Under the pieces are notes generated by a model, which saw only the letters and a program-made list of their open reading frames with translations, ran no database searches and was not told the origin of the DNA. From positions 256,001 to 320,000 of the forward strand of contig CAVSCK010000003.1 in assembly GCA_963726455.1 (NCBI GenBank): a stretch of 64,000 nucleotides of DNA, in the 5' to 3' direction. Positions 10,324-21,935 of this stretch are shown here, piece by piece. Position 1 is the first letter of the stretch. Each line of letters opens with the position of its first letter. The position numbers were made by a program, and so were the translations under genes. This DNA comes from an uncultured bacterium. Its GTDB lineage: Bacteria > Zixibacteria > MSB-5A5 > CAIYYT01.

Positions 10324-11484
10324 TCAGAGGGCGTCATGTCCGAATATGCGGCGATATTCCAGCAACGCAAACCTGTCCGTCATTCCAGCGACATAATCTT
10401 TGACTACCTGCTTCGGCGGCTCGCTCTCGCAGCGTCGGCGATATTTCTCTTTCAGGAGTGAGAGGTCCCTGAGATACGCCTCAAACAGATCGGAAATCAC
10501 TCTGCGCGCCAGTGCATTCGATTCCATCAGCGTCGGATGACGATAAAACCGCTCGAACAGGAACTTCTTCAGTTCGCGATTGCCCGCTTCGACTTCGTCC
10601 GAAAACTTCACGACGTTATCGTGCTGGTTTACGACATCATCGTAACAACCGATTCCCAGTTGGGAAATCCTGGCCGCCGTGTTGTAAATCAAATCGGACA
10701 CCGTCCAGTCGATGAGCAGCCGAATAAGATGATAGTGTCGCTTGCGGGGTGACAGATCGGCAAATTGCTGCTTCGACTTCTCGTATAATTGTCGCAACAT
10801 CGGCACCTGCATCAGATCGTCCACCGTCAGTATCCCCGAAAAGAAACCGTCGTCGACATCGTGCGCATTGTACGCGATTTCGTCGGCCAGATTGACCAAT
10901 TGTCCTTCCAGCGAGGCGCGCAAGTGCGGATCGAAACTCGACTCGACCGGCAGGTCGTAGTCGGTCTCATGCTTGACAATTCCTTCTCGCGTTTCGTACG
11001 TCAAATTCAATCCGGCAAAATGCGGATAGCGATCTTCCAGCAGATCGACCACCCGCAGCGATTGTGCGTTGTGATTAAAGCCCCCGTCATCTTTGAGTAT
11101 TTCTTGCAGTGCCTCTTCGCCGGCATGCCCGAACGGCGGATGCCCGAGATCATGCACCAATGCGATCGCCTCTGCCAGGTCTTCATTTAGGCGCAGCGTC
11201 TTGGCAATCGTGCGCGAAATCTGCGCCACTTCCATCGTATGCGTCAGCCGCGTGCGGAAATGATCGTCGTCGGGCGCAGCAAAGACCTGCGTTTTGTGCT
11301 TAAGTCGGCGAAATGCCGCCGAGTGGATGATGCGGTCGCGGTCTCGTTGAAAGCGGGTGCGATAGGGATGCTCCGGCTCGGGAAATAGACGTCCGCGCGA
11401 TCGCAGACTGAGCACGGCATACGGCGCCAGATATTCGGCTTCGTGGGCTTCCAGCATCTCCCGAGTCGTCATGATCGCATTCAT
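10324..11484 (-). CDS. dgt: dGTP triphosphohydrolase (HD domain)
   Basis: FQRDRDRIIHSAAFRRLKHKTQVF, RTRLTHTMEV, HDLGHPPFGHAGE, DYVAGMTDRFA. Confidence 0.95.
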   Translation of the reverse strand: MNAIMTTREMLEAHEAEYLAPYAVLSLRSRGRLFPEPEHPYRTRFQRDRDRIIHSAAFRRLKHKTQVFAAPDDDHFRTRLTHTMEVAQISRTIAKTLRLNEDLAEAIALVHDLGHPPFGHAGEEALQEILKDDGGFNHNAQSLRVVDLLEDRYPHFAGLNLTYETREGIVKHETDYDLPVESSFDPHLRASLEGQLVNLADEIAYNAHDVDDGFFSGILTVDDLMQVPMLRQLYEKSKQQFADLSPRKRHYHLIRLLIDWTVSDLIYNTAARISQLGIGCYDDVVNQHDNVVKFSDEVEAGNRELKKFLFERFYRHPTLMESNALARRVISDLFEAYLRDLSLLKEKYRRRCESEPPKQVVKDYVAGMTDRFALLEYRRIFGHDAL

Positions 11485-12306
11485 CTATCGTGCATACCTC
11501 AGTCCAAACCTATGAGTTCCTCCCAAATATACATTATCGCGAAAACCATAATCAATTGTCAAACGTCCCACGCCAATCGAAAATCCGCCGCTTATCTCGG
11601 TCGGTTCGGTCGCGATCCCAAATCGCAACGCCAACCTGCGATGCAGATCAATCTCCTGTCCCAGCGCAAACCTGCCGCGCACGTGCTCCTCGAATCGTTG
11701 TAGCACATGACACGAAAACTTCTCCGAGAAGATGTACGATATCCCGCCCTCGCCGATCAGCGGCAGTCTGTTTGTAGCAGACCCATAACGCGGGCGATTA
11801 ACATTCCGTACCGCCAAACCAATCGCCACCTTGCTGCCAACTTCCCACCTGGTTCCGAGATTGAACGCCGTGGAAGTGAGACTTCGGTATCCGCCTCCGT
11901 ACGCAATTCGCATATAGTTGATGCTAACGCCGGCACGCAGTCCGTGATGCAGCGCCAGTGAACCCGCCAGCAAGTAGCTATGCTCGGAATAATAATCTGC
12001 TCCACCCAACTGTGTCACGCCCGCTGTCACTCCCAGTGCGCGATAGCCCCAGCTTCCGGCCCCTGATGCCAATTCAAAATCCGGCATGTTATAGAGCCGC
12101 GACCATGACAGGTCGGCGCTCGCCTTGAACCCCGGCTGAAACGCCGGATTCGCATAGGCGTCCAGCGACGACGATTGAAACAGATTCACACAACCCGACA
12201 TCGCAAACTGCCGGACCGATCCAACCGGATACTCAAACGCGGCATCAACTCTCCCGTTCGCAAGCATAAAAATCACTGACAGTGCGACTGCGATTCTACT
12301 TCTCAT
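11485..12306 (-). CDS. Outer-membrane beta-barrel, PorV/PorQ-like
   Basis: Signal peptide, R.FAMSG..ANPA motif, alternating beta-strands, C-terminal LGGTHRFGLRY. Confidence 0.7.
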   Translation of the reverse strand: MRSRIAVALSVIFMLANGRVDAAFEYPVGSVRQFAMSGCVNLFQSSSLDAYANPAFQPGFKASADLSWSRLYNMPDFELASGAGSWGYRALGVTAGVTQLGGADYYSEHSYLLAGSLALHHGLRAGVSINYMRIAYGGGYRSLTSTAFNLGTRWEVGSKVAIGLAVRNVNRPRYGSATNRLPLIGEGGISYIFSEKFSCHVLQRFEEHVRGRFALGQEIDLHRRLALRFGIATEPTEISGGFSIGVGRLTIDYGFRDNVYLGGTHRFGLRYAR

Positions 12307-14794
12307 CTGCCACCGCGAATCCAAACTTCTTGCTATATATGCCGTCCCGGCTCTCCACCTTCAGGATATATGCACCCGGCGGCAGAGTTCCATAGTGCTC
12401 CGATCTGCCGTCGTATTCGCAAACACCGCTCGACATCGGTTGCGAACCGGCAATCGTGCAGTGCTTTCTTCCCGCCAAATCAAACACCTCGATCGTGAAC
12501 GCGGTCGCCGGCGGACAACTCACACGAATAGTCAGCCGTTCACTCAACCGCGGAGAAAACACCCGATTTGTCAGACGCACATCAATTCCCTCAACGATGT
12601 CAGAGCTGACTGAGTTCGCCGCGCACGGCGTGGCGCATGTACCCGCCGTCGAGACATACCATTTTCGTCCCGCCGAGATGTCTCGTTCATTCAATTCCAG
12701 CGAACGATTGCCATCCCCGGTGGTCGCATATATCAGGCTGTCGGATATTACGCCATTGTCATCCTTGAAAACTATTGCGTCGCCCGTGTTGTTCAAAGTC
12801 GCCCAGGTCGCCGGCTGCAACACCGTGCAATCGCCGACATAGTACCGCCGAAACGCAGCCGAATCCTGTGCCGCTACGAAATACTGTCCCGGCATGACTT
12901 CAACATCTTCGCCGAAGGCATACTGATGCACCGAGTCCCCCACCGTCCAATTCTGCAAATTGATGCTTCTGCCCGACACATTCTTCGCCTCAATCCATTC
13001 CGTCTCCAGCGCGCCCTCGGGATTCGCGAGAAATTCCGTGATTATCACTTCTCCGGTCAACGGCCCGACCGAGAACTTCGCATAGACTGTATCATTCGCG
13101 TTGTTCTCGTCGCGCTGCAGCACGATAATCGCTGCATGCTGCCCCGCTTCGAACGCTTCCTCACATTGTACGACTAGCGAATCACCTGCCGCCAGCGGCT
13201 CGATCCGTCTCGCATACAACAACCCTTCATCCTCGGCGAGACTGTCAAAATCCCGATCGTCATATATGCTCAATAGAGATAGCAGCGACGGCAAATAACC
13301 AAAGTTCCTGATAACGATCTCAAAACTCACGGGCGTGAGATTGTCGTACGCCACCACCTGGACTTCTGCCTGCGTAATTCCCAGATCATTTTCCGGCGGC
13401 AGATCACGCATACTGTTCTCGCGGCACGGCGTGGCGCCAAGACTGTCGGTACACTGATAGAAAACTGTCACAAATGACCCACTCAACGAATCCTCATCTC
13501 GCTCCCAACTGAATCCCGGCTGCGGGCTGCCGACAAATTGCACGCTATCCGACAACGCTCCCAGATCGTTCTCGACGACAACCACATCTCCGGCATTATC
13601 CAGCCGCTGCCACCCCTCCGGCTGCACCATTCGGCATTCAACAGCTCCAAAGAAGTTCAGGAACGAATTTGTATCCTCGCACACAATTGCCCGTTCACCC
13701 GGCGCGATTATCACCTCCGAGTCGATTGCATATCGACGCGTCACGTCCCCGACTGCGAAACCTTTCAGACTTACCGAGTATTCAGCAACGTTCTTCAACT
13801 CCATCCATTCGCAATCCAATTGATCCGTCGGATTCGGCACGAACTCATTCACCACCAGTTCCCGAAACAACCGCCCGAACGCAAAATTCAGGATGAGCGA
13901 ATTGTCGGTTGAATCCGCATCCGCCGGAAGCTCTATTACCATCCGCTTACGGCCCGGCGCTTCCGCGAATTCATGGCTCAAAGTTACGATTGAATCAGGC
14001 GCCAACTCGGGCATCGAGATTGAATCCAGCCCGTCGCCCTCCGTCAACGTTCCCGAAAAATCACGGTCAAAGTAAACCCGTACATATCCCGGCTCTGATA
14101 TGGCGAGGCCATGATTGTACACGCCAATCGTCAACACAATCAGCTGTGTTGTGTCCGTGGGAACGGTCACACCTGAACTCGACGTCACGATTCCCAGATC
14201 ATGCTCCGGCGGCAGCAGCGAATTCACCGCGCCCGGCGTCGACCCCGATACCGCCTTGCAGATTCCGAAATTCTCAGTCGCAGGTTTGTTTGGATTTATC
14301 CGCTCATAACTGACGCCATCCGGTTGCGACGATGCCCAAATCGCCGTCTCGCTTGCGCCACTCTCCGTTTCGACCAGCTTTACCGTATCACAGGTATTTC
14401 GCAGCGACATCTTCGCCGCCACAAGCAGATAGCTCTCGCCCGGGTCATCCCCCCAGATACCCGAGCCATTCCCCCACTTAGTTTCGAACGAAACCACTCC
14501 AACACTTGCCGTCGCTTTCCTCGCCAGCACCACAAATCCGCCAGCGGGAATAATCACACTCCCGGCAAACCGTGTGGTATCTCCCCCTTCGATGAATATG
14601 TACTTTGTCAGATCGCGATCGGCGCCGCCGATATTATGAAGCTCAACCCACTCTAGCGACGTCTCCGAGCCCGGTTCGTTGGCCATGACTTCATTTATGA
14701 TAACAGCGCCACTCACAGACGCACGGAAACCGGTCGCCAGACAGACCACCCACAGGCCTAAATAAAAGAGATATTTGAATCTATTCGCCGCCAC
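12296..14794 (-). CDS. Secreted lamin-tail-domain (3x LTD) protein with Ig/CARDB-like spacers and T9SS/FlgD-type C-terminal domain
   Basis: Three IINE..NP....EW.EL.N repeats with TPG..NS-like endings; C-terminus VFSP..IEVFDLAGR..YDGR....LPPGAYILKV; start codon uncertain. Confidence 0.8.
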   Translation of the reverse strand: MAANRFKYLFYLGLWVVCLATGFRASVSGAVIINEVMANEPGSETSLEWVELHNIGGADRDLTKYIFIEGGDTTRFAGSVIIPAGGFVVLARKATASVGVVSFETKWGNGSGIWGDDPGESYLLVAAKMSLRNTCDTVKLVETESGASETAIWASSQPDGVSYERINPNKPATENFGICKAVSGSTPGAVNSLLPPEHDLGIVTSSSGVTVPTDTTQLIVLTIGVYNHGLAISEPGYVRVYFDRDFSGTLTEGDGLDSISMPELAPDSIVTLSHEFAEAPGRKRMVIELPADADSTDNSLILNFAFGRLFRELVVNEFVPNPTDQLDCEWMELKNVAEYSVSLKGFAVGDVTRRYAIDSEVIIAPGERAIVCEDTNSFLNFFGAVECRMVQPEGWQRLDNAGDVVVVENDLGALSDSVQFVGSPQPGFSWERDEDSLSGSFVTVFYQCTDSLGATPCRENSMRDLPPENDLGITQAEVQVVAYDNLTPVSFEIVIRNFGYLPSLLSLLSIYDDRDFDSLAEDEGLLYARRIEPLAAGDSLVVQCEEAFEAGQHAAIIVLQRDENNANDTVYAKFSVGPLTGEVIITEFLANPEGALETEWIEAKNVSGRSINLQNWTVGDSVHQYAFGEDVEVMPGQYFVAAQDSAAFRRYYVGDCTVLQPATWATLNNTGDAIVFKDDNGVISDSLIYATTGDGNRSLELNERDISAGRKWYVSTAGTCATPCAANSVSSDIVEGIDVRLTNRVFSPRLSERLTIRVSCPPATAFTIEVFDLAGRKHCTIAGSQPMSSGVCEYDGRSEHYGTLPPGAYILKVESRDGIYSKKFGFAVADEK

Positions 14795-14870
14795 CTTGAC
14801 GACAATATATCCTCCCGCCCTTTGGAAGTCAATACTATTAAGAGAGCAAACTGTGGATAATTTTGCGGAC

Positions 14871-14940
14871 AAAAAAAGGAGGGCCGAAGCGTTAACTTCA
14901 GCCCTGTCCCTCCTCTTTTGAACCCCACCCTTTTATCTGT
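14871..14940 (-). ncRNA. Candidate small RNA with intrinsic terminator
   Basis: About 70 nt purine-rich, no ORF, ends in agggctgaag-ttaacg-cttcggccct-cc-T7; promoter-like motif immediately upstream. Confidence 0.4.
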
Positions 14941-14946
14941 TGTTTT

Positions 14947-14973
14947 ATATCGGCATCCTGTTTCAGATTATTA
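14947..14973 (-). promoter_or_regulatory. Sigma28-like promoter
   Basis: Minus strand TAAT-N15-GCCGATAT versus consensus TAAA-N15-GCCGATAA. Confidence 0.55.
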
Positions 14974-15014
14974 CACCCCTTCCTCAATTCGTACTGAACA
15001 TGAAACTGAACAAA

Positions 15015-16607
15015 TTAAGTGGCGAAATCGCAGTACACGCGCGCTTCCCAGCCGCTAAGCCGCTGCTGGTCCAGCAGATATCGCATCTGCCCCTTTATCC
15101 ACAACGAAAACGCCTTGCTACGGGTCAACTTCTGTCCCACCGCCAAATGCAGATACTCTCCCTTCGCTACACTGGCATCGGGATCATAGTATTTGACCGT
15201 CATCGTCGCCGCCAAGTCGCGAACCATTCTGAAAATCACATCGCCGGAAGCGCTCGCAGGATACGTCATTTTGCCCGCTCTCATCCTCCGCTCCGTCTTG
15301 ACAGTTGTCTCCCACTCGATTGTTCCCCGTCGCGGACCTCCCGCGGAAATCGTCAACAGTCGCCGATTATCTGTGACCTGCCCAAGGTTGAAATCCTCCC
15401 AGATCGTTCGTACCGCTATATTCAGATCCGTGCGCAGAACATGCTCGAATGCCAGATTCATACGCGCCGCCACACATTGCCGACCATCAATCCGGTTGCT
15501 CCAGCGTACCAGATCAAGCCCCGCATCTACCGACGGATTCACCTTAACCCGCGTCAGCGACAGAACACCTGCCCTTCCTGATCGCTTCTCCGAATACACA
15601 AATCCCGTCTCCGCAATTGTGTCCGATTCGTAATTCGAGTAGGCATACCCTCCCGACTGCAAATTGTGATAATCCCGCCCATAGCTGAACGCCGTAAACT
15701 CCTGGCTGACTCTTTCCTGAATTATCCCCAGAGTATATACGTGTGCCGCCGCGGACGATATCCCGAACGACGATTCGCCCGACAGCGTGACATCTTTCAA
15801 CACCGCATTGAAATAGGGCGCCACGTAATCCTGCCGCGATCGGGCACCGGCTTTTCGCTCAAGCTGCTGCCTCAAAAATACTATCCCCGCCGATCGCTTT
15901 TGCCCACCCGTTTCCAGATATGTTCCCAGCGTCGACTTTCCGTATTCGGCGCCCGCCACCTTTGACGCCATCACCCCAGCGCGTGCCCTGCCGAAATCCT
16001 GCTTGATCAGAATTCCGTTGTGACGATTCTTGATCGGCAGCCAGAAACTCCCCGCGAAATCTCCGTCTTCGTGTAGCTCCGTATGATAAGACGACGCTCC
16101 CTGTGTCACTCCCTGCCCAACTCGCAAATCGTAACTCCCGATCGCGATCTCACTCCCCGATCCGCGATATCTCAATGATCGCGAACGCAGCAGCGGTTGC
16201 CCGCTGCTACGCGACTCCAGCGCCACATCAAACCGCCAGCGATTCCACGTAACCGTCATGCGGTCATAACGCACGAACGGACTCGCCTCTTCCAGTCTCT
16301 GTGTCAGCGAACCGCGATAACTCGCATGCGGCCCCATATCCGCCTGTCGAGCAGCCGCCGTCGTATCCGATGATTTCAGTTTGATTGCCTGCCGAACCTC
16401 GACATCATCAAACGGCGACCCCAGAAACTTCTCCAGCAGCAACAGATAATCGTCGTACGAAATTTCCCCTGCTTCCAGCGCCTGGTCAAGCTGATCCAGC
16501 GTCGTGTAGGTTTGGTCGGGAAAGAATTCCAGCGAATCGACGTCTGTCTGTCCGGCAACCGCTGCCGTCAGAGCCAGAAAAGCAATTACTGTCGCCGCTA
16601 GTTTCAG
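15015..16607 (-). CDS. Putative outer-membrane beta-barrel protein (resembles barrel of Bacteroidetes ComEA-like HhH proteins)
   Basis: Frame extends upstream to a signal peptide (LKLAATVIAFLALTAAVAG) overlapping the bEBP stop; IGSYDLRVGQGV motif; beta-strand pattern. Confidence 0.6.
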   Translation of the reverse strand: MKLAATVIAFLALTAAVAGQTDVDSLEFFPDQTYTTLDQLDQALEAGEISYDDYLLLLEKFLGSPFDDVEVRQAIKLKSSDTTAAARQADMGPHASYRGSLTQRLEEASPFVRYDRMTVTWNRWRFDVALESRSSGQPLLRSRSLRYRGSGSEIAIGSYDLRVGQGVTQGASSYHTELHEDGDFAGSFWLPIKNRHNGILIKQDFGRARAGVMASKVAGAEYGKSTLGTYLETGGQKRSAGIVFLRQQLERKAGARSRQDYVAPYFNAVLKDVTLSGESSFGISSAAAHVYTLGIIQERVSQEFTAFSYGRDYHNLQSGGYAYSNYESDTIAETGFVYSEKRSGRAGVLSLTRVKVNPSVDAGLDLVRWSNRIDGRQCVAARMNLAFEHVLRTDLNIAVRTIWEDFNLGQVTDNRRLLTISAGGPRRGTIEWETTVKTERRMRAGKMTYPASASGDVIFRMVRDLAATMTVKYYDPDASVAKGEYLHLAVGQKLTRSKAFSLWIKGQMRYLLDQQRLSGWEARVYCDFAT

Positions 16608-18032
16608 TCGGTAAGATTGTACTTTTTCAATTTGCGATATAATGTCCGCTCCCCAATTCCCAGCATCGTTGCTGCCTTCTTGCGATTGCCCCCGACACGC
16701 GTCAGTGTCTCGCGTATCAACTTTTCTTCCATATCCTCCAGATCACCCGCCGCCGACAGGGCGCTGACTTCCTGCCGTTCTGTCACCTCCCCGAAATATT
16801 TCTTAATCACCCGCTTCATGTCAATCACTTCATTCGCCAAATTCAGAAGCGCCTGGTAGATCAGCCGGTAGCCCGACTCCTCGGCACGAACATTGGTCAC
16901 GACCGGCAGCGTCCGATCCGTCTCGCCATGTTTGTCCAGCAGTCCAACCACCGTCTCACGGCTTACTTCGCCTCTCGGCTCCGTAATCAATAGTCGCTGC
17001 AGAAAATTCGTCAACTCTCTGACATTTCCCGGCCAGCCATATCGCAACAGCAGCTCCGTGGCGTCCGGACTGAATCCAATCCCTTTGCCATGTCGCCCCA
17101 GAAAATGCGCCACCAGCGCCAGAATGTCCTCCGGTCGTTCTGCCAGCCGAATCAACTCTATTCGGATCACTCCGATTCGGTAATACAGGTCGGCGCGGAA
17201 ATTGCCGCTATCGACCTCGTTCTGCAGATCGCGATTGGTCGCCGCCACAATCCGCACATCGACATGGACCGTCTTCCGCCCCCCCACAGGAATAAATGAT
17301 TTGGTGTCAATCGCCCGCAGCAGTTTCGCCTGCAGTCTCGGATGCATCTCGCCAATCTCGTCCAGGAACAACGTCCCCTTATGCGCTTGCTGCAACAGGC
17401 CCGGCTGCTTGCTGTCAGCCCCCGTAAATGCGCCCTTCTCATAGCCGAACAGCTCGGATTCCAACAGCGTTTCCGGAATCGACGCGCAATTGATCGACAC
17501 AAACTCATTCTCGCGCCTTGGGGAATTCTCATGCAGTGCCCGTGCAATCAGCTCTTTGCCCGTTCCCGATGGTCCGCTCACCAGCACCGAAATATCGGTC
17601 GCCGCGACCTGTCGAACTCTCACGGCAGCGTCACGCAGATCTTGTGAGTGTCCGACAATGCCTGCCCGATCCATCAGATCGCGCAAAGCAACCGCATCGC
17701 GAATACTCTCCTCGATTTCGTTCAATGGCAGACTCGCATCGAGATAACGATCGATCGTCACTTCGGGAATCGTGCGCAACAAAGTCAACAGGAAGACATC
17801 CGTCTCCGGCGCCAGTCGATTAAGCTTCTTCAGGAACGGCACTGCGTCCGACTCATGGCTTTCGAAATCGAGCAGCACATACTTGAATGGCCGTTTCGTC
17901 AGAATTCGTAGCGCATCACTCAGATGCCTCACTGGTCTCGATTCGCAAATTTGCCGGCTGCGAAAAGGCGGTGACGAGCTGTTCGAGCAGCTTGCTACCT
18001 TTGACAATCAGCATCCTGCGCTCGGTGATCAT
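16604..18032 (-). CDS. Sigma54-dependent enhancer-binding protein (receiver-like domain, AAA+, Fis HTH); probable indel near 5' end
   Basis: GPSGTGKE, ESELFGYEKGAFTGA, LFLDEIGEM, WPGNVREL, NRKKAATMLGIGERTLYRKL. Confidence 0.93.
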
Positions 18033-20203
18033 CTGCGTCTCCGTTGCCTGACTCGGCTCTGCCTCATTTTCGGCTTCGGCTTGGGAACACGAGTGTCCTC
18101 GACCAGACGCAAATCTATTTCTCCCGATTCCAGCGATACGTTGATAAGCTGCACTCTTACACGGTCTCCCAGCCGTATCCGTCTCCCCTTGCGCTGGCCG
18201 ATAACTTCGTATTTCTCCAGATCAGCGCGATAATAGTCATCCTCCATCTCCGACAGTCTCACCATTCCTTCGGCGCCGACATCGAGGATTCTGACAAACA
18301 CCCCGAACTCCAAGCATGCCGCTGATAACACCGTCGTAGACTTCGCCCAACTGCCGTGAAAGATATTGTGCCTGTTTGATCGCCAGCGTTTCGCGCTCGG
18401 CCTCCATGATTACCAGCTCTTGCTCGGAACAATGCTTGCCGATGCGCGACAGCGACGACTTCAACGCCGCCCCTTTGGACTCGCGATATTCGCCGCGCAG
18501 CAACTGTCTCAGTATTCGGTGTACTATCAAATCGGGATAGCGCCGTATCGGCGAAGTAAAATGCAGATATGACGCAAACGCCAACCCGAAATGTCCGATG
18601 TTTTCCGGCTGATAGTACGCCTTCTGCATCGACCGTATCAACAGCTCATTCAGGATTTCCTGCTCGTCCTTGCCTTTCAATCCCTCGATGAAATCCGAAA
18701 TGAACTTGGGACGCGGAGGTGAACCGAACGATACGCGATGGCCGAAATTCGAGGCGAAATTAATGAATGATGCCAGCTTGACCGGATCAGGCGACGGGTG
18801 AACCCTGTAGAGCACGGGTATATTCTTCGACAGCAATTCACTCGCCACGATCTTGTTCGCCAGCAGCATGAATTCCTCGATGATCCGGTTGCTCATCTTG
18901 CGTTCGCGGCGCACGACTCGTTCCGGCTCGCCCTTGTCATCCAGAATTACCTTGTATTCAGCCACCTCGAAGTCAATCGAACCTGACTCCATCCGTCGCG
19001 CGATCAATTTGAGCGCCAATTCCTCCATCAACTTGAGCGTTCGCCCGACTCCCGCCAGGCGCTCGAACCCTTCGCCGGTGTCAAGAAAGCGTTGCACTTG
19101 TTCATAGCTCAACTTCGCCTGCGAGCGGATTATCGTCTCCGCGATCTTGTGGCCGACTACGTTTCCGTCGTGAATCCAGTTCGATGATCGCCGACATCGT
19201 CAGCCGATCTTCGTTGGGCCGTAACGAGCAAATATCATTCGACAATCGTTCCGGCAGCATCGGCAACACGCGGTCGACCAGATATGCCGATGACGTCCGC
19301 GAGCGCGCCTCCTTGTCGAGATGGCTGTGGTCGCGCACGTAGTAACTGACGTCCGCGATATGCACACCCAGCGAAAAACCCGATTCCGTTACTTCTACCG
19401 AAACCGCGTCGTCATGGTCTTTGGCGTCTTCCGGATCGATCGTGAACACAATCTTGTCCCGATAATCGAGCTCGCTTCGAAATCTCATCATCGGTATCAT
19501 GGCAGGAATTTCCGCCGCTTCATTCGCGACCGATTTGGGAAACGCCATCGGCAAATCAAACTTGTGTATGATTGACAGCACATCGACACCCGGTTCTCCC
19601 GGCATCCCCAGCACTTCAATCACGTTGCCCCGCAGTTCGAATCGTCGGATCCTCGGATGGCAACAGCAGCACTACAACTTTCGCGCCATCCTTTATCGTC
19701 GTACCTTTCGGCGGACTGACATTCACCGACACCTTCAAGCGTCGGTCATCCGGCTTGACGGTCGTGCCATACCGCGTGTGATGATAGGTCCCCACAATCT
19801 GCCGGGTTCTGGCCTCGACAATCTTGGAGATCGCTCCTCGCCGAACCCCCTTGATCGTCTTTCCGGTAATGCGAACTTCCACGCGATCGCCGTGCAACCC
19901 ACCAAGGTCATGAAATCGATCGATCTCAATATCCGGGCTGCCGTCTTCCGGGGCCACGAATGCCAGACCTGACTTCGTCCGGGTTAGCTGGCCCACTACG
20001 GTCACAACCGGGACCGGCAAAGTAATCCGATTGCCCCTGATCTGCGCCAACTGTCCGGAATCGATCAGGTTCTTGATCGTTCGCCTGAACGTCGGGTAAT
20101 CTTTCTGCGAAATCTGTAGCTTACGAGCAAGCTCGCGTGTCTTCGATGGCTTATAGCTTGCCTCCGAGAGCCTCTGCTTGATCAATTCAATAAAATCTGT
20201 CAT
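18029..20203 (-). CDS. rnr: Ribonuclease R (split by indels)
   Basis: FTIDPEDAKDHDDAVS, HFTSPIRRYPDL, C-terminal S1 domain, across four ORFs. Confidence 0.95.
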
Positions 20204-20209
20204 AAATAC

Positions 20210-20239
20210 AAGTTACTCACTAACTAGCCCCCTAGTCAA
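20210..20239 (-). promoter_or_regulatory. Sigma70 promoter giving a probably leaderless rnr mRNA
   Basis: TTGACT-N18-TAACTT-N6-ATG, no SD. Confidence 0.6.
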
Positions 20240-20312
20240 CATAAAACTGTCAATTGTACGTTACGATATGCCAAAATGGCATAATGGTCGTCAACCTGAC
20301 GACCGTGCGCCC

Positions 20313-20825
20313 TTACTTTTGCCCCAGCTCCCTTTCGTAAACCCGATATGTAACATCATCATAGCAGGCGAATATCACTCGCTCAATCGCCCGGCAACCC
20401 TTCAAGCTTGCTCTCACCGTGGATATGGCGATCTTAGTCGCCTCCTGAAGAGGATAGCCATAGATGCCTGTACTGATCGCCGGAAACGCAATGCTGGTCA
20501 AACCTCGTTCCTCCGCCAGTTCCAAACTCCTGTGGTAGCATCCGGCCAGCAACTCCGGCTCGCCCTGACTTCCTTCCTGCCATCTTGGCCCGACCGCATG
20601 AATCACATATTTCGCTTTGAGATTGTATCCACCGGTAATCTTGGCATCACCCGTCGGGCAGCCACCCAACGTTCGGCATTCCTCAAGCAGCTTCGGCCCG
20701 GCCGCACGATGAATCGCGCCATCGACGCCACCGCCTCCCAGTAGCGACTCGTTGGCAGCATTGACAATGGCATCAACCTCAAGGTCGGTTATCGAACCTC
20801 GATACAATTCCAGTTTGACTGTCAT
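20313..20825 (-). CDS. Macrodomain O-acetyl-ADP-ribose deacetylase (YmdB-like)
   Basis: [39 protein letters not shown]. Confidence 0.93.
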   Translation of the reverse strand: MTVKLELYRGSITDLEVDAIVNAANESLLGGGGVDGAIHRAAGPKLLEECRTLGGCPTGDAKITGGYNLKAKYVIHAVGPRWQEGSQGEPELLAGCYHRSLELAEERGLTSIAFPAISTGIYGYPLQEATKIAISTVRASLKGCRAIERVIFACYDDVTYRVYERELGQK

Positions 20826-20831
20826 TGGCGA

Positions 20832-21878
<1,047 letters not shown>

Positions 21879-21935
21879 TCACAAAGACGCCCAAGATAGG
21901 CACATTAGAGTGTAACGCAAGCGAAATATTTCCTG

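Noticed and set aside
10324-11484. Anti-phage dGTPase
   Set aside because: Looks like the short housekeeping dgt form with genome-typical composition in a core operon; no defence context.
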